From: Paramecium tetraurelia | Lineage: Eukaryota | Length of the DNA: 64,000 bases | Reading direction: 5' to 3' | Assembly (NCBI GenBank): GCA_000165425.1 | Contig: CT868585.1 | Location: forward strand, 310,001-374,000 | Shown: positions 27,396-41,714 of the stretch, piece by piece | How the letters are laid out: every line of letters starts with the position of its first letter | Numbering within the stretch: position 1 is the first letter of the stretch | Notes under the pieces: model-generated | The model's input: only the letters and a program-made list of their open reading frames with translations | What the model was told of the DNA's origin: nothing | Databases searched by the model: none | Position numbers and translations under genes: made by a program

Positions 27396-28017
27396 TCAAT
27401 AATAGCCATATCGTGTGCTGTTCTTAAAACTTTAGTCCATGTTATTTTTTCTATACAGTTGACTTGCATTCTACTAAACCTAAGGTCTTGTGGCTTATTA
27501 TTAAAGTGTTTTGTAATAGTTTTAAATGATCTTTGATGATCCCAACCCCGAAAAATCACTCTGGTGAGTTTCCCTATTTATTAACAACATTCTAATACTT
27601 AAATTGTTTGAATCTCATGTATTCTACGTAGTCTTAATAATCCTATTGATCCTCAACTTTCTCATGGCGAATCGGTTGTTGATACTGATATTAAGGTTGC
27701 TATTGATATGGATCATAATATTGATTTGAATAATTCCAATAAGGAGGTGGTCTGATTCATAATATAATCTTACTAATAATATTGTTATGGTGGATCAGTA
27801 TTTACATGCATTCTATTCATAATACTTTTTGCTTAAAAGCATACTCCATGAATATCCCTTGCCAACGATTAAACAGTTGCTTATCATATATTTATTTTAT
27901 ACGTTCCTAAGGTTTCTCTTCTTCTTCTTCTTCCTCTTCTTCCTCCTCTTCCTCATCTTCTTCCTCTTCCTCATAATCTATACATAACAACTATTTCATA
28001 CCTTCTTCGTCACTCAT
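27396..28017 (-). CDS. Hypothetical protein with poly-Glu N-terminus
   Basis: MSDEE, intron, DYEEEEEDEEEEEEEEEEEEKP, second intron; Q/S-rich C-terminus ending STRYGYY-TGA. Confidence 0.7.
27916..27972 (-). repeat. Coding GAA/GAG trinucleotide low-complexity tract (poly-Glu)
   Basis: (TTC/CTC)n run on the + strand, inside the exon of the 27396-28017 gene. Confidence 0.8.
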
Positions 28018-28324
28018 TTATTATAAAAATAAATATAATACAATCAGTTTAATAATGTACCTTTAAAATTACTTAAGAACCCACCTTAAAATTATGCATA
28101 AAATCATATAGATGATTTTAATAGAATCAGCATCGATGAATATCTTAGACTCTTTTGATTATTATTAGTATAATAAATATAATTTTCAACACTCTCTTCT
28201 AATCTTAAAATCTATTGATTGGTTAGTTCTTCTCATAAAAACTTTAGTTATACAGTCATAAATAGAATAGAATCAACCACAACTTTGTTTTAAATATAAC
28301 TATTTTTGTATTAATTATATTTGT

Positions 28325-29071
28325 ATGAATCAAAGTGATGATAATTTTCAATGGTCTTACAATGATCACAATCTTCTCTATAAAAAGTGGCGTGGACCTA
28401 TTAATTCGATGCACAGTTAACCACTAATTAAAATTGAAGTTGACCATAAACCAAAAATGATGTTGCAATTACCTGATGTATTCATGACAACTAGATAAAA
28501 TTAATAAAAAGTAACTGAACCTTAGAATCTAGCAATCCTTTAGTGAAATTCCAAAAAAAAATAGAAAATCAAGTTAAGTAAGTTTGAACAGTTTAGAGGT
28601 TTCTCCTAAAATTACAAAAATGAATTAAAATAAAAAAGATCAAAAAAAATATAAAGATCTTTCAGAGTTATAAAAGAGTCATTGTCAATTTAAGTGATTA
28701 TTATAACATATTCCAATAGAAAATCACTTAATAAAGTAAAGAAATCGCACTTAGGTGACAATAATTGTGAGATCAATACAATTCATCCAAACTCATCCTT
28801 CTACTTAAATGGGGTCAAATTACCTTACAGTTTGTACATTATCAACAAGAATCGTTAAATGGCCATTGCTAATTTAATAAATCAAGCAAATCCACATGCT
28901 TATGAGTAATCGTAACAGTAAATCTAAATGATTGACAACTAAATCAAATAAGTTCGTAATATTGGCCCTTATTTCAGGGATCGAAAATCAGAGCAAATAA
29001 AAATTGAAGGACTACAGAAGTCGATCTTACTTGCAAAATGCTTATTATTCAATGTTATGTGTGAACTCTGA
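28325..29071 (+). CDS. Hypothetical protein
   Basis: Starts MNQSDDNFQWSYNDH; open after tiny introns near 28511 and 28694; ends NVMCEL-TGA. Confidence 0.6.
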
Positions 29072-29179
29072 TTCCAAGAAGAGGTTGAAGAAGATCATAC
29101 ATCGGCAATTCCCTTAAGAGTCTCGTTTCTAGCAGTTATGAACAAAATTATATTATATTTATATTAATATTTGTTAATA

Positions 29180-30135
29180 ATGATAACTACGCCTAATTGC
29201 ATTGAATCTAAAATTTATGAAGCATAAAATAGCACTCAAACACTAAAATCAGAACAAGAGGAATTCAAATAAATTTTACTAAAATTATGGATTTAGACAT
29301 CAAAATCCTTTAATGAAGACTTTGAAGAAATCTTGTAACTTGCTATCAATTCAGATATCAAAGATGTCGTGAATTCTATACTTATTATTGAAGAGGCAAG
29401 ACTAGAGCAAATTATAGTATAAAATAATTTTATATTTTTAAGACCGATAGGTAATAGATTTAAATTCTTAAAGATGAAATCCAAGCCTTGTAATAATAGA
29501 ATAGTCTTAATTCTGTAAATAATGAACTAAGAGAGGCTCAACAATAATACAGACAATTGAGTGAGTTAGTAATTCAATTAAAATAATCAAATGAAGAGAA
29601 AGAGCATTAAATTTTGGAATAAACTAAACTTAACTAATAACTATAGATTGAACTCAATTTATTTACATCTTAAATAACTAACTTATCATTAGCTTTGGTT
29701 TAGTCTAAAGAAGAAAAAATATAATATATGGTATAATCCTAAAAAGAAATTAAAAAATTAATGGTGAAAGATCTACAACAAAGCAAAATGATCTAAGCTC
29801 TTTAGATCCAAATAATTGAATTGGAAACTTTGGTAAAATAGACAAGTCAACGAAACTCAGTTGAATCTTCAAATCATTAGATCTCCCAAACTTAACGGGA
29901 AGAAGATCAAACCAGACTACTAAGTTGTTCACCAAGTACAATTTCAACATATATTAAGGAACAACTCATATTGATTTTTCGAAAATTGTTTTATAAAGTC
30001 TCCAAAACAAAAAAACTGAAATGGTCTCAGGGTAATCGCTTTCCTAAATTCCATACAGATTTGGAAAATGATAATCATATCTATAATTGTTTAATAATGA
30101 TATTTTATAGATCTATCTTTTAAAATTTAAAATGA
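29180..30135 (+). CDS. Coiled-coil hypothetical protein
   Basis: Starts MITTPNCIESK; one 26-nt intron near 29417; Q/E/L-rich heptads; 3' end uncertain. Confidence 0.65.
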
Positions 30136-30252
30136 GGCCAGTATTAGATCGGATGGTATTTTCAACATTTATAAACTGAATTAAAGAAATAAATAGAAGA
30201 ATAGAAGACTTTGTAAGAAATTTTAATTATTTTCTTATTATTATATAGAGAT

Positions 30253-32366
30253 TCACAATAATTTATTCATTCCCTTCTAATAAGGTTTTAATTCTATTTA
30301 ATATTTTTACTTTTTATTTAAAATTACAACATCATCTTCTTTTTTTATAGGTTTTCTTTTCTTAGCACCTTTCTTCCCTTTATTATCTTACTTTTCTTCC
30401 ACCTCTTCATCTTCCTGTTCATCTTAACCAAAGATACTAGTTTATGTAAAACCATTCTTAGGCAAAGAGTCATCCTCTATAATAATTGGAGATTCTTATT
30501 AAAAATTTTCTTTTTTCTACAACTAAACTTAATTTGAAGGCATCAAAGTAGCATTGGATTTACTTACTTAATTTATATTAGTCTTAGCTATGTCAATTCT
30601 AAAATCTTCCTGGAATTTAGTAAACATCTAGCTTATATCAAGTCCAAAATTAGTGCAATATAATTATTCACATTTAGTTGTACCATCAAAATTTTTAATG
30701 ATTGAATCTCGAATCGAAAATATCAGAGAATCTTAATATTCTCTTTGCTTTTTCACAATTTATAATATTCTGTTATTATACTATGGTACGATGTTGTCTT
30801 TAAATTTCTCAATTGTCTTCGGATACAAATCATTGAATAGATTGGTCTTCTCCTTATTGGTTGATGATAAAAAGTTATCGAGTATATTTAAGAAGTCTCC
30901 TTATTCTATGATTTAGAAGTTTTATTGATACAACTTAGTCGATAGCTTAAAATATGAGATTTATAATTACCATATTTGAGAACTCATTCATCATATGTTA
31001 GTTTTGGGAATTAACCTCCACTTTGCTTTTTAAGATATTATCAAATTATTGATTAAGTAATTATGCTTGTTCTTTTCTTTTTTATATCTAAGCTTATAGA
31101 TTTGATTTCTTCTCCCAAAATTTAAATATTTAATCTGGATTGGAGACTCTATCAGCGAATTTAGTTTCAATATATCTCATTCTCATTATTTCAAATCCAG
31201 AATATTCTACTTTAATTCTGAGCAATGGCTTTTTCTATCTAAATGAACTGGTTTAATAGTAATTTACTAATTCCTTTTCAACAAAGTCAAACAGTAATTT
31301 TTCAGCAATCTCCTAATTACTAAGATTTTAATTATTTTCTGCAGTCTTTATCAATTCACTTAACTCTACACTCTTATAAATCATAGGTCTATAGCTTTTT
31401 TCAAGTTTAATGCTTTCAAATTTCATTTGATTCTTTGTAAGTGTAAACAACCCTGCTTATTTAATTAGAGATTCATATTCTATTATAGACGTCGCAACAG
31501 TACTTCCTGGATAAAACACTTAATAGTGCTCACAAGTATCTAAGGTATAGATTCTATGATAAAATCAATTAAAAATATTACGCTTCGTGTTCATGACCCC
31601 AAATCAAAAGATCAATTTTATATTTTTTAAAATAAAGTGGATCAATAAAATTCCTTTCATCCTAAAAATGATTGCCTTTATATTTGTTCTGGTGAATGAT
31701 TAGAATATTAAAATTATTTTCGTCCAATGAATCCAACACCAATTTTCCCTCATTTATTATTTTGTGTAATTAGTAATCCTTCATATAACCTAAACCATAG
31801 AGTGCAATCTTTTAATTATTCTTAACAAGAACAATTGGTTTTATACAAACATTTGATTAATCAGTGATTTTTCCAATATAATTTAAATATTTTGATTCAT
31901 GTAGTATATCTAAGATGGACACACTTTCATTTCTTTCGGTGACAATATCGTCATGATTACCATTGATTATAAAGATTGGTAATTGCACATTAAAGTTAGA
32001 ACAACTAAAATTAGGTTAATAATTGAGTGAATTGACTTCCATTTAAATTCCGCCAAAATTATCTCCAAACACATGTCTCTGAAGGATATCAACACATTTG
32101 AGTAAACAATGTTCTGTAGGATGTTTCTCGTGAAATAAATCCCTTATTTTAGACACAAATGATACCCTCCCAATATAACAAAATCTACATTTTATTGTGA
32201 AGCTATTTAAAGGACTTCCTCGAAAGCATCAAAAGCATCTTAATATCTATTTGACTTTGGTCCCACATTTTCATTTGCTCCAAGATGATTATCTGAAGCA
32301 ACTAAAAACTTAGATATAATTGTGAAAGTCAAATACTTTGATGAATTGATTCCTATTGATTTACAT
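30253..32366 (-). CDS. MRE11: Double-strand break repair nuclease MRE11
   Basis: Phosphoesterase motifs in order: ASDNHLG, GDLFHEKHP, NVQLPIFIINGNHDD, LYGLGYMKD, IHQNK, WGHEHE, PGSTVATS; several tiny introns. Confidence 0.93.
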
Positions 32367-32421
32367 AAATAATAAAATTTTTAGAATCGAATAATAATGA
32401 TAAATAAAAAAGTGCAATAAA

Positions 32422-33479
32422 TCACAGTTTATTATTACCTTTTAAGTTATTAAGCCTTTTATATTATTCGCTATCCTACTTGTAAGAGGTGAGATTTCTA
32501 AATATTTGATAGATAAGAATAATACCCAAAATTGATAATATTTTCATTTCCTTTGTTTATTTGGTTAGGTTGATCAAGAATAAGTTGTTATCTAATGAGT
32601 TATATGGATTCTTCATTTCTTCGAGTGATTTATTCCAATTACTCTAGTTTTTGGAGAGATTGATAGCCATACTAAAACTATGGATGAATCAATTACATCT
32701 TATTATTTTTTGCTTTCGCTCATGAAATCACAGAGCTGATGCTGTATATTTCTATTGAATTAATCTAATTAATCTTATCTCATTTTAATGGTATTTATAT
32801 CCTTTTACATTTTATTCATTTGCAGTTCCATTCGTCTATAAGATTCCTATTATTCAAGGTTCAACTTCTTTTTGCTATCTCCCTTAAGTAGAGTATTGAA
32901 TAATGAACTTGATAACTCGATTTTAGACTTTTAATGTTGATCAGAATTTTGTTTATGACTATTCAATTTGCTCCCATTTAATTCAGCTCTATTCCTGTCA
33001 GGTGTCAGACTGGAACTGTCATTTTTATTATTAGATTAAGATATGATTTAACTATGTCTTTTTTGTAGTTCATTCGTGAAGCTAAGTTATTTATTTTTAT
33101 CCTATGCATCACTATTTAATGTTTTTTGAGTTATTTCCTTGATGGGATGACTGCTTTTAATCATATATTAGATTTATGAAATGAGATTAGAGCAAGTGCC
33201 CTGGTTTTTTAGGTTTTCCTTCTATTCTTAGGATCTATTGTTTTTGTTACTTGAATCAATCATTTGAGTCTTTTTGGCTGATTGCATTGATTATTCTGTT
33301 GATGATGCAATGTCAGTCTACTCTGGAATTTAGAATAGCACATTGCCAAAGCTTTGATTCTTTTGCATTATTTTGTGCGTATTATTTTCTTCAAGCAATC
33401 CTGAAATTTTGGAAGTTATAATTTGTTAGAAATCATTATTGGACAATGCCCTTCTGTGATTATTTTTTGGCTTATTCAT
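32422..33479 (-). CDS. Coiled-coil hypothetical protein
   Basis: Starts MNKPKNNHRRALSNND; long open S/Q/K-rich then heptad frame; stop position approximate. Confidence 0.7.
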
Positions 33480-33528
33480 TCAAATTCAAAATAAATAATA
33501 ATCGATTATATATATATTAGATTAAATA

Positions 33529-34599
33529 ATGTTTGGATATAAACTCTTCACTATTGTAAGAGAAAAAACTGTTGTCATCGTAGAACAATTAGGAAAATAT
33601 AACAGAACCTTGCAACCTGGATTGAACATCCTAATTCCACTCATTGACCGAGCAGCATACACCTAATCCCTAAAAGAAGAAATCCTCCCAATTGAAAAAC
33701 AATAAGTTATAACAAAAGATAACGTTGCCATCCATCTTGATGGAATTGCATTCATTCGTATTATCGATCCATTTAAAGCATCCTATTAAGTACCTCGCTC
33801 TTTTCATTTAAATAGGTTAGTGAACCTTAAAATGCAATCAAATTGTTGTGTCAAACCATTCTCAGATCAGAAATTGGTAAATTGAAATTAGATCAACTAC
33901 TACAAGAACGTGCTGCCTTGAATCGTGCACTGTAAAGTGGTCTAAGTAAAGCTGCAGCCGAGTGGGGATACACTAGTTTGGGCGTTGAAATACTACAAAT
34001 TGAAATACCTGAAGAAATCAGAGCTTCAATGCAAGCCTAAGTCGTAGCTGAAAGAAATAAAAGAAGAGAAATCTTAGAAAGTGAAGGCAAATAAATTAGT
34101 GAAATCAATATTGCTACAGGTGCAAAAACTGCTGCCATCAAAATTGCTGAAGGAGATGCAGAAGCCGTTAGACTTGTTTCTCAAAATGAAGCTAAAGCCT
34201 TGACTTAAATTAGTGAAGCTCTATAAGAATAATCTAAAAAAAGAGTCTTGGATTATATTCTTTTATAACATTACTTAAAAGGATACTCAAGCATTTTGAA
34301 ATCATCCAAGGTTGTAGTTGTCCCTAAAGCAAAAGAAGGATAAGGAAATGACTTTATGAGTTTGGCTGCTATGATGATGTTTAATAATTAAAATTCTCCA
34401 GTCCAGAAAATCATCGAAGTTCCCTCTAAGCCAAGTGATGGAATTAGTAATTCTTCAGTTTCATAATCAGAAATAAGTAAATTGACTTAAGACCAATTGG
34501 ATAATCTTATTAAAAAGAATGTTTATTATAATGATCCCAGGTAGTTATTTAAATATTCCTAGGCTCTATTCAGATGATGAAGAAAAAAGAACATTTTGA
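33529..34599 (+). CDS. Stomatin-like (SPFH/Band 7, SLP-2-like) protein
   Basis: IVEQLGKYNRTLQPGLNILIP, ITKDNVAIHLDG, QTILRSEIGKLKLD, QVVAERNKRREILESEG; introns near 33790 and 34541. Confidence 0.92.
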
Positions 34600-34912
34600 G
34601 TATTAAATAAATAAAATAAATTATAAATATCCTTAATTAAAAAAACTCTAAATTCAATTAATTAGATATATAGGATATTCGACATCAAACATTAAGAAAT
34701 ATATAATTCGGTTATGGATCTCCTTCATTTTATAAACTAGGAAAATTAAACTTTACTATACATATGAAGTTTTAGATTCTATATTTCATTTTATTATTTT
34801 TAAATAATTGATGACAAATAAAATTATTCTATAATTTAATTTAATAGAAATAGAATCAATTATTATTGGAATCTATAATATTAAGGATAATGATAATTTA
34901 ATTGATTATATA

Positions 34913-36370
34913 ATGAGTAATTTGATATTAAAATTAAGGTGTAAGGAACATAAAAAAAATAAAATAATCGGTAAGTGTGATAATAATACCTGCTCAAAAG
35001 ACCCTCTGTTTTGCATTGACTGTCTGGCATAGGATTATCATTAGAATCACTTAGAAGACACGACCAACTTTGGTGATCTTGAATTTATACTAAAGGAAAT
35101 ATTACTATAATGGTCAATAAAAAATAGAATTACAAAAAGTGTGAATTCAAAAAGTGAAATTTCAGAAGTATAATTAGACGAAGAAACTAATTAATTAATA
35201 TTAATAAACAATTAGATTTAATACATAGAATCAAATGATTTACAGCTAAATTAAGAAAACGATTAATTATAAGAAATATAAAATTAAGAAACATTAATTT
35301 AAGAGAAAATAGAATGTGGTTAATGTCATTAGATTTAGGAAATAAGTCAATATGTGAATGATGAAAAAAATGGAATTAGCAATAACTGTTTAGACTAAAA
35401 ATGTTCAAAGTGTTAATCATCCTTTAATTATCCTTTAAAAAAGATTGAAAACAAAAATTATTGTACAGAATGTATAAAATGCCATGAATGCAATAGGTAA
35501 GAGCCAAGAAGGTCGGTAGGGTCATTTTTTTATCATGAGGATGGTTTTTTATAGATATCGAAAAATTCAGAGCTTAAAAAAGTCATGATTGCTTATATTA
35601 AAAAATATTTTGGAACAAAAATTAAAAAAGGAGATAATAATACACAGATTTATTTTCTTTCTGAATCATATCCTTGTTTAGCTTTAGAAGATTACTCAGG
35701 ATATATAATTGGTTATAATCATCCAATTATTAAAAGTAAATTACAAATTGATCCAAAAACATATATAATAACAGAAGAATAGGCTAATATATATTTAATT
35801 GAAGATTTAGATTAATATGAAAGAGAGCTATATGAATTTTATTTAAGATAAGGCAGAAAACCAGAAGATATCCCTGAAAACGTCAGAATGCTATTGCTTT
35901 TTGTTCTATTCATTTTTAAAGATTTCTCATCTGTTCTTAATTTAGTTCAATAAAAAACTTATAGACATCTCTATAATGATATTACTAAATATCAATATCC
36001 AAAATAAAATAGTGTGTCTTTTCTAAAAGGTAAGGTTGAAAAGGCATTAGATTCTTTAGTGATCGTTTTCATAGAGAAGATGGAAGTATTAGAGAAACAA
36101 CTATTATTAATAAGTTTAAGAAAATTTTACCTACCTATAAAAGAGAGTGAATACTATTCTAATGATTTGATATACAACCAACATCAGATTATTTATTTAT
36201 TATTAACATTTTTAAATGCCCGTTCTATTCATTCAAGTATAATGCTGATTTTTAATTACTTAAATTAATTAACCTTAAGCTCCATGTATATAATCTTCAT
36301 TATGAATATATTTACCCATAATAATAGAATTTATGATAGTTCAAAGAGTCCTTAGAACCAAAAGATATGA
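34913..36370 (+). CDS. B-box-like zinc finger + coiled coil + LIM-like finger + GH24 lysozyme-like domain (probably catalytically inactive)
   Basis: Uninterrupted 486-codon table-6 frame including the stop. CKEH..CDNNTC..FCIDC..HQNH; CSKC-x16-CTECIKCHEC; IAYIKKYFG..GYIIGYNH..ITEEQANIYLIEDL..IPENVRMLLLFVLF. The true 3' end may differ if an intron is present. Confidence 0.75.
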
Positions 36371-36801
36371 TTAAATATAACATTATATATTTCTGAAAGA
36401 GAATTATGATTATCATAACTAAATTCTATTTAAATGTAATGGCTGTTGTAGCAGAAAATAATTAAACTAAACAGAAATTTATAATTGTTGAACTTTTGAT
36501 TTAATATGAGATTTTTAAGGGTGAACTATGAAATTATTGGATGATCTACAGATTCTATACAATATTTGAATAAATTATAAGAGTAGATTAATAATTCAAA
36601 ATCAATGTAATTTAAATATTATTAAAAATAAAATAAATATGAAGTATGTATAATGGTAATCTATTATTGTCAATCCTTTGTTATTTTGATATTAGCAACA
36701 CTAAATTCAATTATTTCGTAAATATTCTATCTCTTCTTATGTTTTAGATTTTATCAATAAAATAATATCTTGATTCTATTTCTTGTCAATAAAAAAAATT
36801 A

Positions 36802-38373
36802 ATGATGTTCGAAAGTACCTGTTAATTTGAAAGCCATGAATTAAAACCAATTTTGGGAGTCTGCACAAACCTAACATGCAAAAATTTTAGACCCTATTGT
36901 CATTAATGTCTGATAGAATTTCACTCTGATCACATTACAGAGATTAGGGATTTACAATAAATATCCTTTTGGGCTTAAAGTTGTGCTCCATTATAAGAGC
37001 AGTTGATTTAATCAATCAATTAATATAGTAGCATAGTTGACAAACTTACAAATCTGAAGAACTCTTTAGAATTCGATACTTAAATTGATCTATCATAACT
37101 TAGATTGTCAGATTTAGATTGCCATATAACTTGCGTAGTAAACTTATCTTCAATTTAAGATTTCATTTAAGAAATCTTCAATAAGTCACAAGATTAATTA
37201 GAATTGGTGAGTATTTTGTGCAAAGAAACAATTTCATTATAAAGTATCATTTTTATACAATTATAATTTAAGAGTTTAAAGATAACATATATTACCAATA
37301 AGATAAGGCTGAAGAACAATAGGTTGAATAAATAGAAATAATTTCTGAAACAAATGAGAACTAAAAATAATCAATTGAGAAACAGCCAGACATCTAAATA
37401 GTTTCAAATGTTGATGAATCTAAAATGAGAACTCCAGAAAAATAAAAGAAAAATGAATAACCAAAACCTAGAAATTCAGAATAGAATCGAAAGCAACCAT
37501 AAAATTATTATGTCAATACTCCTTAAACTAGATCTTAGTCTTACAAAAATTAAATCTCAGCAACTCAATAAAGAAATAGCATAAGTAATCTAAAAAAATA
37601 AAATATCCAACAAAAACCAAAATAATTATTAGTAAATACTTTTTCATTATCATCAAAAGAACAAAGCAATTTATTGTAACTATTAGGAAACAAATCTGAA
37701 GATGATAATAAAAAATCTATAAAAACTTAACCTAGTGAAATTTAAGCTCCTTGTTTTCAGGATTAGATTTTTATTTAATAAAAAGAACTATCTCCACCTA
37801 AAGTATATGGATTTAGATTTTCAGACAACTTAAAATCTTAGAGGATTAAATTATAGAAAGATGGCAAGGTAGCAAAAGGTTTTGGAGGATTTGTTCTTTG
37901 TGAACCTTGCATTCCAATGGAAGGACAAAGTACTTTTGAGATTATGATTGATAAATGTGATCTAGTATACCTTGGAATTTGTAACAAATACGCTGTTCAA
38001 TCATATGATTTTGAGCCTAATATGCAAGCATTTGACACTCATGGGTATTTGTTTTTATCATCAATAACATTAGTTCCTATCTAATTAGTAACAATGGATT
38101 TTCATATTCTTGCTTTGAGTAAGAATTGAACAATGTCAAATAGAAGTTGAATTTTAGTTCAGGAGACAGGATTACGATTATAGTGAATTATTTGTAGTCC
38201 TAAATTACATGGAAAACTAAATATAAAAATCTACTTGTATTATATTGCTTATTATATTACAGACTATGAGATTTGATAGTACTAAGGAAATGTATGTATG
38301 TGTGAAATTTTAAAAACTGAGATTTTCAAATGACTCTTAAGTAGAAATTTTGAATTATGAATTAAACAATTGA
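36802..38373 (+). CDS. B-box-like zinc finger + coiled coil + SPRY-like domain protein
   Basis: CQFESH..GVCTNLTC..YCHQC..HSDH; C-terminal FVLCEPCIP..FEIMIDKCDLVYLGIC..YLISNNG..FSSGDRITIIVN..MYVCV. Confidence 0.8.
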
Positions 38374-38392
38374 TTATTATATAATATTTAAA

Positions 38393-38862
38393 ATGAACAA
38401 ATTGCCTTATCAACCACTTGGGTTTGTGTTGAAATTTGATCCACCCATAATTGGATTGTTATACCATCCCATCGAGAATAAGAAGGTGAATAAGAAAAAG
38501 AAGAAGTGTTATGCTATTCATTTGAATAATTTGATCTTTTTGGTTGAACCTGAAGATATTGTCGAGGCATTGTTTAATGAGCATCAAGAGTTCTTAGATC
38601 CTGATGTTGTCAAACCACAACAAGTACATTTGGTCATTTGATAAGGTCTATAAATTGGTGTTGCGATTAGTTGCTTACAGAGATCATTAGTTAAGAAATA
38701 TGTAAGAAATGGGAGAAGAAATGGGTACTTTTATTTTACCATATTCAAGGTGATGGTTATTATGAGGAGGAAGAGGAAGAACCTGTCTAACAACCAAAAG
38801 GTAAAGGAGGAAAAGCATAGGCATAATAACGAAGAGCGAATGATAATAATAGATCATTTTGA
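38393..38862 (+). CDS. CEP19-like small protein
   Basis: LKFDPPIIGLLY..IVEALFNEHQEFLDPDVVKPQQVYKLVLRL resembles the CEP19 N-terminal domain; two tiny introns; acidic tail. Confidence 0.7.
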
Positions 38863-38903
38863 TTTTTTATATTATAACGATAATTACAATTTGAATTTAA
38901 TTT

Positions 38904-39877
38904 ATGAGGAGATAAACCCTCAAACAAGATCTTTATTCACAAATCTCGACAATCGGACAGTCATCCTCATCAAAAAGGAGCAACCTCAATATTGACGATT
39001 TGATATATTAATTCAAAATGAGGAAATCGAATTACAAATTAGCAAAACAATACTCTGAAATCATTAAAATATTTGATAACAAGCAATCACCCAAATAACC
39101 TTTTGAATATTAAAGTGGTCAGTTATAGCTTAGATCATAAACACAACTGATGCAAACTAAAGTTAGATTACGAACAGATGAATCCCAGGAACTATTATAA
39201 TTGCAGGAAACAAAATAAAGACTGTCACATTAAATAGACATTCATCAAATCATAAATGAGACATCTCCTATTAAGATTACTCCCAGACTTAATTATGAGA
39301 ATTTCAAGACATTTTAGGAAACCGAAAGAAAATCATATGAATCAAATAATTATAACACACATTTGGCTAATTTCGGTCCTTTATCTTCTAATCAATGCGA
39401 AACAGATGAAGAGATATAATAGATTTCATAATAAAGTGTTTAAAAACTATCAAAATTTAGAACTTTAGAATAAGAGCAATTTTAAAAATGTTTTAATAAA
39501 ATTAGTTCTCAAATTGAATAAGTGAATATCAAATTCAAAAAACAAGGGTTCTTAATGATTAAATTATTTTCTAAATGGACCGTTAAGGAAAAGGCTACAA
39601 AAATGTATTTTAGGTTTTTTGAACACAAAATCTAGTCATACTTTGATCTCTTTTAAATTTATGAACCATCAATAGAAGAAAATCATAATGATAATCAAAA
39701 TACAAATTAAAGTATATTATCAGAACATGTTTTAACCCCAATTAATTTGAACATTTAAAATTTTTAAATCCCTACTCTTAAACCTGTAACTTCATTTGGA
39801 GCAATTAATGTATGATATTTAAATAATATTATTAGTTTGAGGAGTATTTGAAAAAGAAGAATCAGAATATTGAATGA
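38904..39877 (+). CDS. Hypothetical protein
   Basis: Starts MRRQTLKQDLYSQ; open table-6 frame; terminal intron near 39810; ends KKKNQNIE-TGA. Confidence 0.65.
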
Positions 39878-39942
39878 ATGTTTAATATTGATTTACTTAA
39901 TTTATTAACAAAATATAAATTTATTCAAAAACAAAATAAAAA

Positions 39943-41695
<1,753 letters not shown>

Positions 41696-41714
41696 TTTAT
41701 TAATTAAAATAAAA

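Noticed and set aside
28055..28324. Upstream in-frame extension of the 28325 gene
   Set aside because: Open only because TGA is the sole stop; the composition is spacer-like and the ATG at 28325 follows a typical AT-rich leader.
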